Shown here one piece after another: positions 24,830 to 39,243 of a stretch of DNA of 64,000 nucleotides. The notes under the pieces are model-generated. The model had not been told where the DNA came from and made no database searches. It was given only the letters and a program-made list of their open reading frames with translations. The position numbers were made by a program, and so were the translations under genes. Source of the DNA: the human T2T-CHM13v2.0 reference genome, Homo sapiens; assembly GCF_009914755.1 (NCBI RefSeq), contig NC_060925.1, one strand, 5' to 3'. Position 1 is the stretch's first letter, and every line of letters starts with the position of its first letter.

Positions 24830-25725
24830 CTTAAGGTATGTTTGACTATTTTTAAAGCATCAGGTCAAACTTTAAAACTCAAGAATATTTACAGAATTAG
24901 AAAATTTAGCAGAGAGGCCTGTGGTTCCTTTTTCTAAGAAAAAGTCTACAGAATCGAAGACAAATTATTCAATTGGATTTGCACGGAAATAATAAACATT
25001 CGCAGGAATGCATTAATGTCTCCCTTACCCAAGAGCAAACTCATAGACATTTACAAATTATGACAATTTCTCTATAGACACCATAAACTGGTGTGTTTAA
25101 TACCTCCTGATTCACAAGGGAGAGAATGGTGCCCAAGTCTGCCTTTGGATTTCCACCTTGTGGGGCCCGCTATTTAAGACCTTACATCTTCCAGTTACAA
25201 GAAGAACTTATCTCCAGAAAGACACATGGGACCTGAGGCCTAATTCAAGATTTCAGGAAAGCTGTAACTCAGGCATCAGACAATCAATATTCCAATTTGG
25301 AATTTAGCACTTTGGAGCCTGCATGTTCAGAAACACACATAAAGGATCTGCTTATGATTGAGGCCCAACTCATATTTATAATATAATCACCTAATAAAAA
25401 CGGTAATGACCTCTGGCTGACTTTACACAGCATGTTTTGGCACACAAGCTCCATAAAAGGATTTTCACAGACCTTGCCTTCAAGAAAATACATCTAAGCT
25501 CCTGTTTTTTTTTCTATCGAGGCTGAAGAGCTTTTTAAAAATGCCATTTTGCTTTCAGAGTGCCTACATACACAATATGTACAGTAGATTATCTTATAAT
25601 AGTATGATATTTTCCTCAAGAACTCTTTCTGTTTATACACATGGCCTTTAAGATGAATATATGATACACTTCTCGGAGTATCCACTTTACAAGCAAAAAA
25701 TGACTTCTCTCTCCTTCCATGTCTA

Positions 25726-26060
<335 letters not shown>

Positions 26061-27539
26061 AAGAAAGAAATGAAGATGTCAGTTCATTGGAATCCTTAGG
26101 TGCTGGTTTGTTGGATCCATCCCTCTATCTCTTCTGACTGGTTCTGTGACCTCTTAATGATGCTCAGTGGTGGTTAAATTTTAACAACACATAACGGGGC
26201 TGATAGGCCAAGTGTTCAGTTAACAGCAAATAAAGTTCTCTAGAAGAAAGAAAAATGTGTGTGCACGTGTGTGTGTATGCCTATTGTGTTTAACAGAAGG
26301 AGTGCTTGTACAGCCCCCTACCTGCCCCCTCAAAGGCACCATTGGAAAGCATTTGTATTTAATGGGAAATAAAAGAGAATCATGCATTGCAGTCACAAGT
26401 GCAAAACAGGGAGGAGTGGTATAAAGAGATCTCATCTCTATAAGTTTATCTGCCTCCCAAATTGCCCATGCTCTACTTTTATTATCTGTGATCTGTTGTT
26501 CCTGTATCTGAAAATTACTTCCTGAATCTATTAGGAAAAGTGGATGAAAAGAAATCAGCAGTCGCAAATTCTGGTCCAAGCAGAATAAATCAGGGAGGGT
26601 GGCTCTCGCGCCACGGGTATAGGCATGAACATATTTCAAGAACATAATCGCCGGGTTCTTATAAAATTTGAGTTCATCTTTTCCCGTTGCAAATTATATA
26701 TCTGTGGCAACCTTCTGAAACACATATCAGAAGATACTTAAAGGGTTATTAAAGAATTGGATACAATTTTTCCAGCCTTATTTCAGACTCCTCCAGGAAG
26801 CATATCCCAAAGGGGATAAAGAAGTATGCACATTTTTTTTGAGCCCAGAAAAATTGTTTATTACAATTTTATGCAACCTTTCTATGGTAAATCCATGGGG
26901 ACAGGTCCCTTTGCTGGAATTTGAATCTGCTGACACAGGCATGCTAAGTTTACCTGTGACAAATTAAAATAAACAAACAAACCAAAAAATGCTTTATGTT
27001 TTAACAGTAAACCTTTGTTGCATAAATGAAAAAATTGACTATTTTATTACCAGTGATGAGGCTAAATATTTTGGCAGTAAGGTAAACAAAAGAATAAACA
27101 AAACATCTTAAGAATAGATAAGCATTTTTGTCAGAAGGTATTATGATATAGATCATCCAACAGAATAAAATTTTGTAATTTCAATGCCTTATTTACTCAT
27201 AAATCAAGAACATGTAAACTTTTATTAATTTCTTTTAAACTTTTATATTAAGAAATGTATTATTTTGTTTGGAAAGCAAGCTTTTTATGGAAGTGAATCA
27301 TTTTTCAAATTAATACCATTCTATTAATATTTGACATAAAAAGACACTTATTCCAGAGTAAATCCCTTTTCCAATTATGCTCAATAAATTTATGGTTGTA
27401 TTATTTGGAGATAAAAATTAAGTGTTTAAGCTTCAAAGAGTCTTGATCTTTCCAAGAGACCTAGACAATTCTTTCTTCATCTCCTGCCCTTCCTGGTCTC
27501 TTCAGCCTCTGCCCATGAACAGGACAGCTTGGCTCTGCA

Positions 27540-27690
27540 TGGGTAGCTCTAAACCCCTGGCTGCACACTACAATCATTTAGAAATCTTTTATAAAATACC
27601 TGGGTAGCACCTCTAGGGACAAAGGTGTAATTGGTCTGAAAATGGCCTGTGCGTCAGTATTTTCTAGAAAATATTTCACATGAAGCCAGT
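27540..27690. mobile_element. MER5A-like fragment
   Basis: ctggctgcacactacaatcatttag...taattggtctg. Confidence 0.5.
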
Positions 27691-29299
27691 AGTAGGGGCT
27701 CTGTTTGGTCCGGGAGTGTAGCTAAAGCCCACCCTTTTGAGCAGGAAGGCTGAAAGTCCCTACCTAAATTTTCATAAGGTGCAGCAGCCCATTTTGTAAT
27801 GGCTGGTCCTGCTATGACCTGCCATTCTGTCCCAGGATACAGGCTTCTGCCCAGTTCCAGAACCACAAATCATAACAATAGAACATTCATTTAGTGCTTG
27901 TTCTGCCACTCTGATTTCCAGGTCCCAACCCTTCTCTCTGTCCCTGGCTGTGCAACTGATGGAGACAAAGGAACTCCCATCACCCTAGGATTGAGCTTCA
28001 CCCCACAGAAGCCCTCCACAGGAGCAGGTGGCTGTCTCCTCTCCCACTCATTTCCTCCCCCACAGCTAAGCACACTCATTGAAAATGAGTTCTTAGTATT
28101 AAGCTAAGTGCTCGATCTCCAGGATCTCATTGAACCCTCACAACAATCCCAAGTCAGAGAACATTATTAGATCACTTAAGCAGGGGCAGAAGCTGAGGTG
28201 AACTCACTTGCTCAGGTAATAGAGCTAGGAAGTAGCAGAGATAGATCTTGATTCCAACCCTGGTGACAAAGGCCATGCTTATTAACCTCCACAACAGCCA
28301 AGAGTTATATGATGCTTGCTATGTCCCAGGCAAGCTCTAAGGAAGCTCTTTTACGTAGATTAAAGTAAATATCAGAAAAGGAGCCTGGGACACAGAAATA
28401 TATGCAGTAGGCCCAACATCACAGGGCTACTAAACATAAGGGCCAGCATTTGAATCCAGACAGTCTTGTCATAGAGCCCAAACTCTGAACCACTTGACCC
28501 CACTCTCTTAACCACCACACTGGAGCCTAGGTAACGCTGACTGCCATGACCCTGCCCTAACTCTGGGCACACAGCACAGTAGCCTCATGCATGTGTGTCT
28601 GTGTGTGTCTATTTGGATGTAAGAGCAAGTATTTTCATTTCTGTCTCCTTAGAATCTAATACAGTGCCTGGCAAACAGTAGGTATTTAATAAAGAGCTGT
28701 TTGACTGTTTATGCATTCCTTCATTCAACGAATATTTTGTGTATTGCCTTCCATGAGCTTCCAGGGATAGAAAGATGAATCGAGCGTGGTTCCTGTCTTA
28801 AGGAAGTTTCATATAACTGCAGAGACACGGACACAGACAATTGTCATATTTCATGACGCATGCACTCCCAGAGGTATGAACAGATGCTGGGATGTGCTGC
28901 AAGAGATTCCATGGTAACACAAAATGCCTAAAGTTCCTTTCCATTATGGCTTGCTCCACTGTCTTGTCTTCCACACACCCAAGCAATCTGGTACTTTCCC
29001 TTACATTTTTCCCAAAATCAACTGCTCTGCCAGACTTACTCCAAAACACTGCATTTTTGAGACATGCAGCCTCTAGTTAAACCCTTTCCACTCCCAGTCC
29101 CTGGTTTCTCTAGTCTGTCTGTGTAAATTTGCGCTGATCATCAATGGGCAAGGATCCAGGCCATCCCATCTAGACTTAGCCTTGCACACTGCTGGGAACT
29201 GTCACAGTTAAGCTGGTGCTGCCTAGCAGAAGAATTCCTACAATCCTCATGTAAGTAAAAACTCTGTCTTTTGTTTCTGACCATACTATTTACCACTAG

Positions 29300-29580
29300 G
29301 AGATTAATAAAGTGAGAATTTAAGCTTCACGATGCAGGAATATCTGACTGTTTTATTCACTTTTGTATCTCTAGTGCCTAGAACAATCCCTGGCAAATAT
29401 CGGGTGCAAAATAAATACCTGTTGAGTGAATAAACAAATACCTCTTGCTTACATGTTTGTTTCCAGCTACCTGTGAACATCTTAGGGACAGGGATGACTT
29501 TGTATGTCCAGAACTTAGAAAAGTGCCTGTCACACAGTAGATGCTTAATAAATGTTTCATGAGTGACTGGATGAATGAAC
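29300..29580 (+). mobile_element. Two tandem L2 3' ends
   Basis: Two copies of the gtgcctggcacatagtaggtgctcaataaat-type terminus. Confidence 0.7.
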
Positions 29581-29837
29581 AGATGGATAAAGAGACAGAA
29601 AACTGTTCAAAGATAAAAGGACTCATCAAAATGTACAGCCTACTGAAAAACTGCCATCTTCAACTAGTTTTATTAATGGAAAAGATACAGCATTATCTTG
29701 CTTAATGGTTCTTTTCAACAAAATTTCCCTTGTTAAACACACACACATATATGTACAGAGAACTCAATGTTAAGTCCACTTGAAAGATATGAATCTGATG
29801 ACAGAATCTGGCAGAAAAATTTAAAAGGCCGGCCACT

Positions 29838-30372
<535 letters not shown>

Positions 30373-30547
30373 GCATATGTATATAGTCTTCAGCTCCTGC
30401 TACTGTGGCCAAGGGTATATTTGAAAGTCAAACAGAACTACAAATTAGGCAATGCAGAGGACTTTTTCCAGTTAAGTCCTCCCTCTTACTACCTGAAAGG
30501 CTCAAAATGTAAGGCATTATAATTACTACATGTCACCTAAGAAACTT

Positions 30548-31034
30548 CTATCAGGGCCCCAGCAAGACACAGATGGCATCCTCCAGCTGAGTAACCTTAG
30601 GTTTCATAAAGGGACCGTCTGCAAAGGCGTGGGCAGAGTTATGGGGAAGCTGCAGGGGATGGTGTAGTATTGCAGGGCTAGTAACCCTGGGGGAGCTGTT
30701 ACCACTCCAAGGCCTGAGGGACAGGAGGAAGGAGCAGTTATAGAATCTAAAAATAGAGGCTGGGTGGAAAGGGTCCTTCTACAGGACTGTGACCTCTGGT
30801 GGAGGAAGATGGCTAGACTTCAGCAATCCTGAAATGTGGGAGATGGGAAATAAACTTCACTCATCAGCTTCACTCATGCCCTACCAGAGGCCTCCTGCAA
30901 ATGTTCCCCTGCTGGCCAAATGAACCAGAGGCCAGAGGGCAGGGATGCTAATGGAATCATATGGGTCAGTTTCTCAGAGCTCAGAGCAGGATGGAGGCAG
31001 GGTCTGGAGGGACAAACAAAAGACGTCCAGCTCA
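30548..31034 (-). mobile_element. LTR33-group ERVL LTR
   Basis: cagggccccagcaagacacagatggca...gctgttaccactccaaggcctga...ggtctggagggacaaac...ccagctca. Confidence 0.7.
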
Positions 31035-33391
31035 AACCTCCAACTCTCTCAAGAGAACTCAGTACCGGCACTCTATTTTTGACTCCTTTGCCAAAGGGGC
31101 ACTGTCTCCAACAATTGGGATGGCCATTATATTATCACCCACATTCCCAAGGCTAGTTTAGCATTAAAAACAAAAGCTAGTAATATTCTGCCCCTGTCTA
31201 AAGATGAGAGCCAGGCAATCATCAAATAAATAAAAGAGGTTTTAGGGTTGACGAGCTAGTTTTAAATCCTGAGGAACTCCTCAAATTTGAATCTTTTTCT
31301 TAATTACGAAAAGCTATAAATAAAGCCACCCATTCTGCCCACCTTGATATGTCTTCCATAATCATCACATGAGGTATTGGGTATTAGGTGTCTCTGTGAA
31401 ATTACCAAGCTGTATAAGATATTAAGTTATAATTCCCTCCAGGAAGTACAGTACAGATGTGCAAATCTGTGTATTAGAAGGATGGAGCAACCAATTTTGT
31501 TTTCACACTTGGATGATCCGTGCCCAAATCAAAGACAAACCACAACATATGCCTTTGTGTGAGTTTTCTTATTTTTAGCAATGCATTAGGGAGAAGAAGG
31601 AGTCACTAGAATGTACAAAATTTGGCAGTGCAGCACAGAATGCCTCAGCGACTTGGAGGGGGGTTAAGAACATATGTTTAACCATCTTTTTCATGGACCC
31701 AAAAGGAGAATATTGAGGATGTCACTGCTTACTAAAAAAACTGTTGCTACTCCAAACATTTCCTACCTTTGATTAGCTTCTCTTCTAAAGTAAATTAATT
31801 GTAGTGGAGTGAAAAGAGCACTGGAGCAAATGTCAAAAGACCTAGCTTCTAGATGCTACCTCTGTCTCTGTTAGTTCTTGGGGACTAGAACTAACTTGAA
31901 GTCTTTAACTGTGCTGTGGGTAAACCTAGGGTGGTTCTTTACAGTTATCTCAAGGTCTATCATAAGAGTTCCTAAAGATTAGAAAGAAGCGGGTAGTAAG
32001 GAGGGGCTACCAGCTAAGAAACCCCCTCCCCCACCATCTTTTCCTATTTCGTACATTGAAGTTATGTGTGAGATCACATAGGTCTCCACTGCTTAAAAAA
32101 CAAAAACAAACAAACAAATACATTCTTAGATAGATGATCTGTAAGATATCTTAAAATGTAACATAAGAGAGTTTAATAAACTTAGTTCCATCCCACTTCA
32201 TTTGGAACTGTGAAGCCATAAGTATTTGCCCAAGTCCACCTTTCAGTAGACTAAAGCATGAACCACCATATCTAAGGAAGTTACAAAGTAAGAATCAACG
32301 ACCCAGAGTGAAATTAATACTACAGCTCACAGGCAGGTTTGCTATGAACATTTGTTAGAATAAAGGTAAACTGGGTAAATTTTCCCCATCAGGTGTGGTT
32401 TAGCTGCCAGACCAACAGTTTGATCATTGCAGGTTAACAACTGCCTAAGGTTGGAACCTGCCAGCCAGGTCCCAACATTCAACCAAGTGAGTGCCCCAGG
32501 GTAACAAACAATGCTGTTTGCTTGTTCACCAGCTGTAACAACTTTCTCCCAAATCAGGCAAACAAGGGCAGATTCAGTATTACACACTGGATACGGTGTG
32601 AACTCCAAGCCACCTATAGACTATGATTTACCTCTCTCAGCATTTTGCAAAGATGTAGTAGAAAGATATCCAACCTTCATGAAGAAAAAGATCAAGGGCT
32701 TGCGTTCAAAATCTGCTACTCATTAACACCACGACTTTGGGTAAGTTATTTCACCATTCTGATGCCAGTTTTTCCATTTGCCAAACGGAAGTGGTGATAT
32801 TAGCTCATATGTGAATCCACGTGAAGCTCTTAGAAAAGTGTGTGGCACATAGTAAACACTCAATTAATAATAGTTGTTGTTTCTATTATTTTGTCAATAA
32901 CTTAGTAAATGCCAAGCACTCTGCAAAGTTTTAACAGTCACCAAATATTTATTGAGCACCTACTTGGTGTCAGGCGCATTCATTATTTCCTTTAATCCCA
33001 CAACAACCCTCTGAAGTAGGTCATATTATTTTCATTCTATAGAAATGAAAATAGAGACATAGAGAAATTACTAACAAAAAAACTGAAGAGTGAAGCCATC
33101 TGATCTAAACTAGGCTCTCTATTTCCTGGAGGCTCCCATAAAACTGATATGGTGTTGTTACGTAAATAAAGCGTAGCCTAGAACAGGTTCTTATAAATAG
33201 TGGCTACCATTATTAACTTAATCTCTTCTGTTACCACACTCCTTAGAACCGTCTTACCCAAATATTGGTCAATCAGATACTACTTTGTACTTTTTACCAT
33301 AGCTAACATCTTTACCTTTACCTATTGAAGGGTTTTCCTTAAAGTGGCCAGCAGTTTGGATAATTCAGCTTAGGACGAAGCCTGGAACATA

Positions 33392-33443
33392 GTGACAATG
33401 ATGGTAATGATGGTGATGATAATGATAATGATGATCATAATGA
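33392..33443. repeat. Degenerate (ATG/GAT)n repeat
   Basis: gtgacaatgatggtaatgatggtgatgataatgataatgatgatcataatga. Confidence 0.8.
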
Positions 33444-35268
33444 GTACAATGTGTTTATATTGCATGCCAACAATGGGAATACAAAGGTGAAATGGCATTG
33501 GCCTCTAGGCTCTTACAGGGCTAGGTCCAGGGGGGAGACATAAAGCACACTAATAACATGTTACAGCAGTAACTACGACGTGGGTTTGTCTAAAGTGAAT
33601 CCAGAAGGGCTTCACAGAGGAGGTAGCCTTTGATTTATAACATGCAGGCTGTACAGGAGCTTGATGAACATACAATAAAAGGATATTCTCAACAGAAAGG
33701 CTGTGCCTAAGTCCTCCTTCAAACTCCAGGCCTAGCACATGCAGCACCTCAATCCATTTGTTGATTACATTTGAAATGTAAGAGTTGATGAGTATGAGTC
33801 TCCTATATCTCCTCCAAGCTTATATTCCATCCCTATCCTAAAATATTGGTAAGACTTCCAGAGAGAAGGAGTAAGGAGACAGAAATTCTCTCATGTAACC
33901 TGCTTATTGTAAAGAAATACAACCTCATGTTTCCCTGTCATTCCCAAAGGGCCGTTTCTACATGGCAGGCTAATCACCTGCAAAATTACCGTGAGGCGCT
34001 AGTTCTTAGTTATATACAAGCAGAACAGCATTCAAAGCATCTTCACATGGTTGGTTTTATAACTTAAGAAAGACTGCTCTGATTTACCTTATTTTTCCAA
34101 TTCAAACTTAGAAGATAATAGAACAAATGGATATGGTACCTGTCAAATGAGAAAGAAACAGAAATGCAGGGAACAAGCCTTGGGTAATCAACTCAAGCTT
34201 CTTACATCTAGTCAACAAGAGAGTGTAATTACATTGGAGTCCACAGTATAAAGCATAAGGCTCTTGAGTATTTTTATATAGAAGATGTTGCTCTTAAAAT
34301 ACTGATGATGTGCAATGTCTATAGAATAAATACAGCCTGGTATCACAGAGTTGCATGCATTACTCATGCAGAATGCTTGCTGTGTTCTCTCTCTTTTCAT
34401 ATGGATGATCTCTATTTTGTTCAGGTCCGGGAAGCAGCCCCGTCACATCCTAACAAAACTTTCAATGGAAATTTGTTGTGAGGAAACCAGTCTCCTCACC
34501 ATTTTCTCCTGCACACGCCATCTGCCTCAGCTAGTCTGCCATGTACAGAGGCTCCCAAATCCACTGAAATAAATCTGTGGTGTCTGTACAATCAATTCTC
34601 TAAGAATATGACTTTATAGGTTCTCTGCCCACATTCATCCCTTATTATTAACAATTGGGCATTGGTTTCGACATTTATCTCAGAGCTGATGGTGTGAAAT
34701 TAAACTTCGAGCTCACTGCTTTCCCAGACAGAGATAGCCCCTGGTCCTGGGGTGACCTGAATCTGATGAGCTTCCCAAGCTTGGCTCAGAAGTCCAGATG
34801 CTGAAGACAGATGTGGCTGCTTCCTGCTGATCACAACAAAGAAGCTGCTGGGTGGCTTGTTTGTTTGTATATAAGCATAAGCAAATGCTCTGGGGTTGAG
34901 GCTGCTAATTAAGTCTCTAAATTGTACTGGGTATGATAAAGCTTTCACCCTCCCTCTTCCTGTCTCAGTTGAGAGACTCACCTTATCTGAGGATGAACCA
35001 GTGAGATTTACCGTGTGCTGTTGGGAAGATCAATAGCAAACCAACACACTCTCACCCAACAGCAAGGGAGGAGACATAGGGAAGTGGCTGAGAATCAGAG
35101 AGATTTGAAATCCCACACTGCTAGTCACAGACTGAGCCCCTGACCAAGACACTTCAACTTGCTTGAGTCAGTTTCCTCTTAATGAGGATGAATCCTTACC
35201 TCCCAATGTTGGTTGATCTGAGGCTCATTCATTTATCCATTCATTCTCAACAAACGTTTATTGAGTGC

Positions 35269-35754
35269 TGTATTAGTTTTCTTTTGCTGCCATAACAAAT
35301 TACCATGAACTTAGTGGTTCAAAACAATAGAATTTTATTATTTTCACTGCTATAGAAGTCCAATAAAGGTATTTCTAGACTAAAATCAAAATATCCAGAA
35401 AGCCACATTCCTTTCTGGAGCTTCAAAGGGAGAATCCATTTCCTTGCTTTTTCCAACTTTTAAAAGCCACTGATTCTTTGACTTGTGGCCCTTTTCTCAC
35501 ATCTACAAAGCCAACAATGGTAAGTCCTTCTCACGCTGCCAACTCTCTGGTTCTTTGCAGCCGGGGAAAGGTTCTCAGCTTTTAGAGATTCAGATGGTTC
35601 GATTGGTCCACCTTGATAATCCAAGATCTTCATATCAAGGTCCTTATATTAATGGTATCTGCCGAGTCTCTTTTTCCATATAAGAATAACATCTTCATAG
35701 GTTCCGAGGATTAGGGCATGACATCTTTGGGGGCCAATTATTCTGTCTACCACA
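35269..35754 (-). mobile_element. MLT1D/E-like MaLR LTR inserted in an L2
   Basis: tgtattagttttcttttgctgccataacaaattacc...gacatctttgggggccaattattctgtctaccaca. Confidence 0.85.
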
Positions 35755-36380
35755 GGAATGCATTCTTTATGTTAGCAAACAGACAAACAAAAAAATCCCT
35801 GCCTCAAAGAACTAACAATCTAAGGGCAGACTATAAACAATAAATATAAAACCAGCAAGTATACAGAAAGTTAGAAGGTATGAGTCCTATGAAAAAAATA
35901 AAAGTAGAGAAAGGTGAGGGGAATAAAAGTGGCAGGGCTTGGGGGTTGGACTGTAGTGTTAAATAAGGTGGTAGTGTATATTACAGAGAGTGAGCTGCTG
36001 GTTAAGGGTGGAATGAAAGAAATTGAGATTAGGAAAGAGCTGAAGTCATTCGGAAATGACAAGTTCATTAATTTTTTAAAAAATGTATTTAGAGTATTTT
36101 GAGGGCCTAGCACATACTGGTTTTGTTTTTCCTTCCAACAGCAATTTTCTATTATGAGAGCCTGTTCATGTCTGTCCCTCTGATTCTCAGGTTGGGGTAT
36201 TTTGGCCCACAATGAATCAGACTTTGTAGCATAATGAAGAGCACAGAAACCTATCTCTGCACATTACTGGCAGGATGATCTGGAGCTGTCATTTTCCTTC
36301 TTTGAACCTCAACGTTTTCATGGGTTCACTGGCACTTGCCCCTGGAATCTCATACTATTTGGAGAATCAAGATCAGTAAG

Positions 36381-37782
36381 TGTAATGAAAACAGTGTGGT
36401 GCTGGCATAAAGACAGACATAGAGACCAATAGAAGAGAACAGAAAGCCAAGAAATAAACCCTCACATAGAAGGTCAAATGATTTTTGACAAGGGTTAAAT
36501 TCAGTGGGGAAAAGACAGTGTCTTTAGCAAACAGTGTTGGGAAAACTGAATATCTAGATGCAAAAGAATGAAATTGGACCCTTACCTAACTCCATTTACA
36601 AAAATTACCTCAAAATGGCTCAAAGACCTAACCATGAAACTTACAACTACAAAACCTTTGAAAGAAAACACAAAGGAAAAGTTTCACAATACTGAATTTA
36701 GCAACAATTTTTTGGATATGATACCAAAAGCACAAACAACAAAAGTAAAAATGCGTAAATCACACTATATCAAAATTTAAAACATCTATGCATCAAAGGA
36801 CATGATCAACAGAGTAATAAGTGGTAAGAAAAAATATTTGCAAATCATATATTAAGGGGTTAATATCCAGAATATATAAAGTATTCTTACAACTCAACAA
36901 GAACAAGACAACCCAATTTAAAAATGAGCAAAAGACTTGAATGCTCATTTCTCCAAAGAAGACATACAAATTGCCAACAAGCATTTGAAAAGATGCCCAA
37001 CATCACCAATCATTAGGAAAATGCAAATTAAAGCCACAATGAGATATCACTTCACATCTGTTAGGATGGCTGCTATAAAAACAAACAAACAAACAAATAA
37101 CAGCAAATAACAAGTGTTGGTGATGATGTGGAGAAACTGGAACCCTGCAAACCACTGGTGGGAAAGTTAAATGGTGCAGCCACTATGGAAAACAGTATGA
37201 CGGTTCCGCAAAAAGGTAAACATAAAATTACCATATTATTCAGCAATTCTACTTCTGAATATACATCCAAAAGAACTGAAAGCAGTATCATGAAGAAGTA
37301 TGCACATTTGTCTACCCATATTCATAGCAGCATTATTCACAATAGCCAAAAGGCAGAAGCAACCCCAATATCCACTGACAGATGAATGGATAAACCAAGT
37401 GTGATAAATATATACAGTGAAATATGATTCAGCCTTTTAAAGGAAGGAAATTCTAACACATGCATGAACCTTGAGAACATCATGCTAATTGAAATAAGCC
37501 AATCACAATTCTACTTTTATGACGTATCTAGAGTAGTCAAATTCATAGAAAGTAGAATGGTAGCTGCCAGGAACTGGGAGGTGGAGGGAAAAATGGGGAG
37601 TTATTGTTTAAAGGGTACAGAGTTTCAATTTTGCATGATGAAAAAGTTCTGGAGATTGGTTGCACAACAATGTGAATAGCCAACACTATTGAACAACATA
37701 CACTTAAAAATGGTTAAGATGATAAATTTTACATGTATTTCATATCACAATTAAAAATTTGTCATAAAAATAAAAATATGTC
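36381..37782 (+). mobile_element. 5'-truncated L1MB3-like element inserted in a MIR
   Basis: ORF2 C-terminal remnant (ORF 36568-36780, MKLDPYLTPFTKITSKWLKDL...), L1MB-type 3'UTR; exact 11-bp TSD AGATCAGTAAG at 36370-36380 and 37783-37793. Confidence 0.9.
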
Positions 37783-39218
37783 AGATCAGTAAGGATGTAC
37801 ACGTAGGATATTTGTAAAGCATGTTAAAAATGTACATACTCCCCCATGCTATGACATGCTCTCTAGAAGAAGCAATAGGTTATACAGAAACACAAACCCC
37901 ATCTTGGATCACTGGTAATGAACAATACACAGATTGGGATGTCTGCCCAGGATCAACAGCAGCAGCAGGACACAGCTGCTCAGTCTCCAGGGCAGACCAT
38001 ATACTCCCATTGCCCAGATAAAAACTTAGGGATTAGGTATTATTCAAACACTGCCAATCAGTGCAAATAAAATATGTTACTACATTTTGGAAACAGAGAA
38101 ATAGGACAACCTTGAGTCTAGATGTTTCACATAAAATTATTTCTTGAATTTGTATTAGCTCCTTTTACTGCTTCAGAATCTCAGAGAACTTCATAGGCAT
38201 ATGCATGTGTTAGCCTGTGTAAAGCAAGAAGACGTGTGGCAGGAAGTAGCTCCATGTAGTCTTTCTGTGTGGTTCTGGGCAGGATAAAAATCACTTTCTG
38301 GATCATCTGTAATGCATTCAGTCAGCAAACATTTACTTAGCAACTACCATATGCTAGCCTTGGTTGGTGATATGTAGGAAAATGAGACATAGCCCCTGCC
38401 TTGAAGGAGACACAGTTGAATTGAGGAGTCAGAAAAGAAAGCCTGTAATTACATCTCAGGAAGTGCAGAGTCCAGAGGCAAGAGACAGCATGACATACTG
38501 AGAGAAAGAGTAAACAGTTCAGTAAGGGTGAAATATAGGCATTAAGGCAAGGATCTAGGGAGAAAGGGCCTAAAAACTTACTGTGTTAGAACAAAATGCA
38601 ATTTAACTCTAGCCATGTGGTAGTGTTACTCATTAAAATGTCCCCAGAATGGCAAGGTACCATGGAGTCTACCAAATCGTGCTGCACTTTATCATTGATC
38701 TCATTTTGCTTACAAAGGAATGATTGTTCATTGATCACTCCCCTTGGAAGGTATTTAAATGTGTCCTTAGCTGCCTCTTGGAAGAGGCACAGCTGAGTGA
38801 GTTAAGAGCATGGGTTATAGAGTTAGCAACAGCAAAGGTTTCCATCCAAATGGTGTCACTCCCCAGTCTGTGCAGCTTTGGGTGAGTGACTGGGCTACTC
38901 AGTGACTGTTTCTGCAGGATAACATGGGAAACAGAATGGCTCCCACCTCACTGGGTTGCTGTTGGGGTTAGGTGAGTTAAGGGAAGTCAAGAGCTTGGCA
39001 TGTAGCAAGGACTTCATAAATGGCATGGATGGTATCTATCCATTTATTCATCAGCCTTTGAATAGGGACTGTTCTAGACCCTGGAGATACAAAGATAAAT
39101 AAGGCAGAGTCTTTATCCTTCAAGGAACCTCCACACTAGTGGTCAGATAGACACAATTATGCACTAGGACAATAGAAGGTCAATTTGTTTTATCTCTGCC
39201 TCACTTAGGCCCCTTGGG

Positions 39219-39243
39219 AAAAAAAAAAAAAAAAAAAAAAAAA
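39219..39243. repeat. A25 homopolymer not attached to an Alu or L1
   Basis: Read directly. Confidence 0.9.

Noticed and set aside
26220-26645. 141-aa minus-strand ORF
   Set aside because: No recognisable domain, runs through a (CA)-like repeat, and does not match DAB1 protein as I know it.
36568-37385. ORFs resembling the L1 ORF2 C-terminus
   Set aside because: Fragments of a truncated L1MB; no continuous frame.
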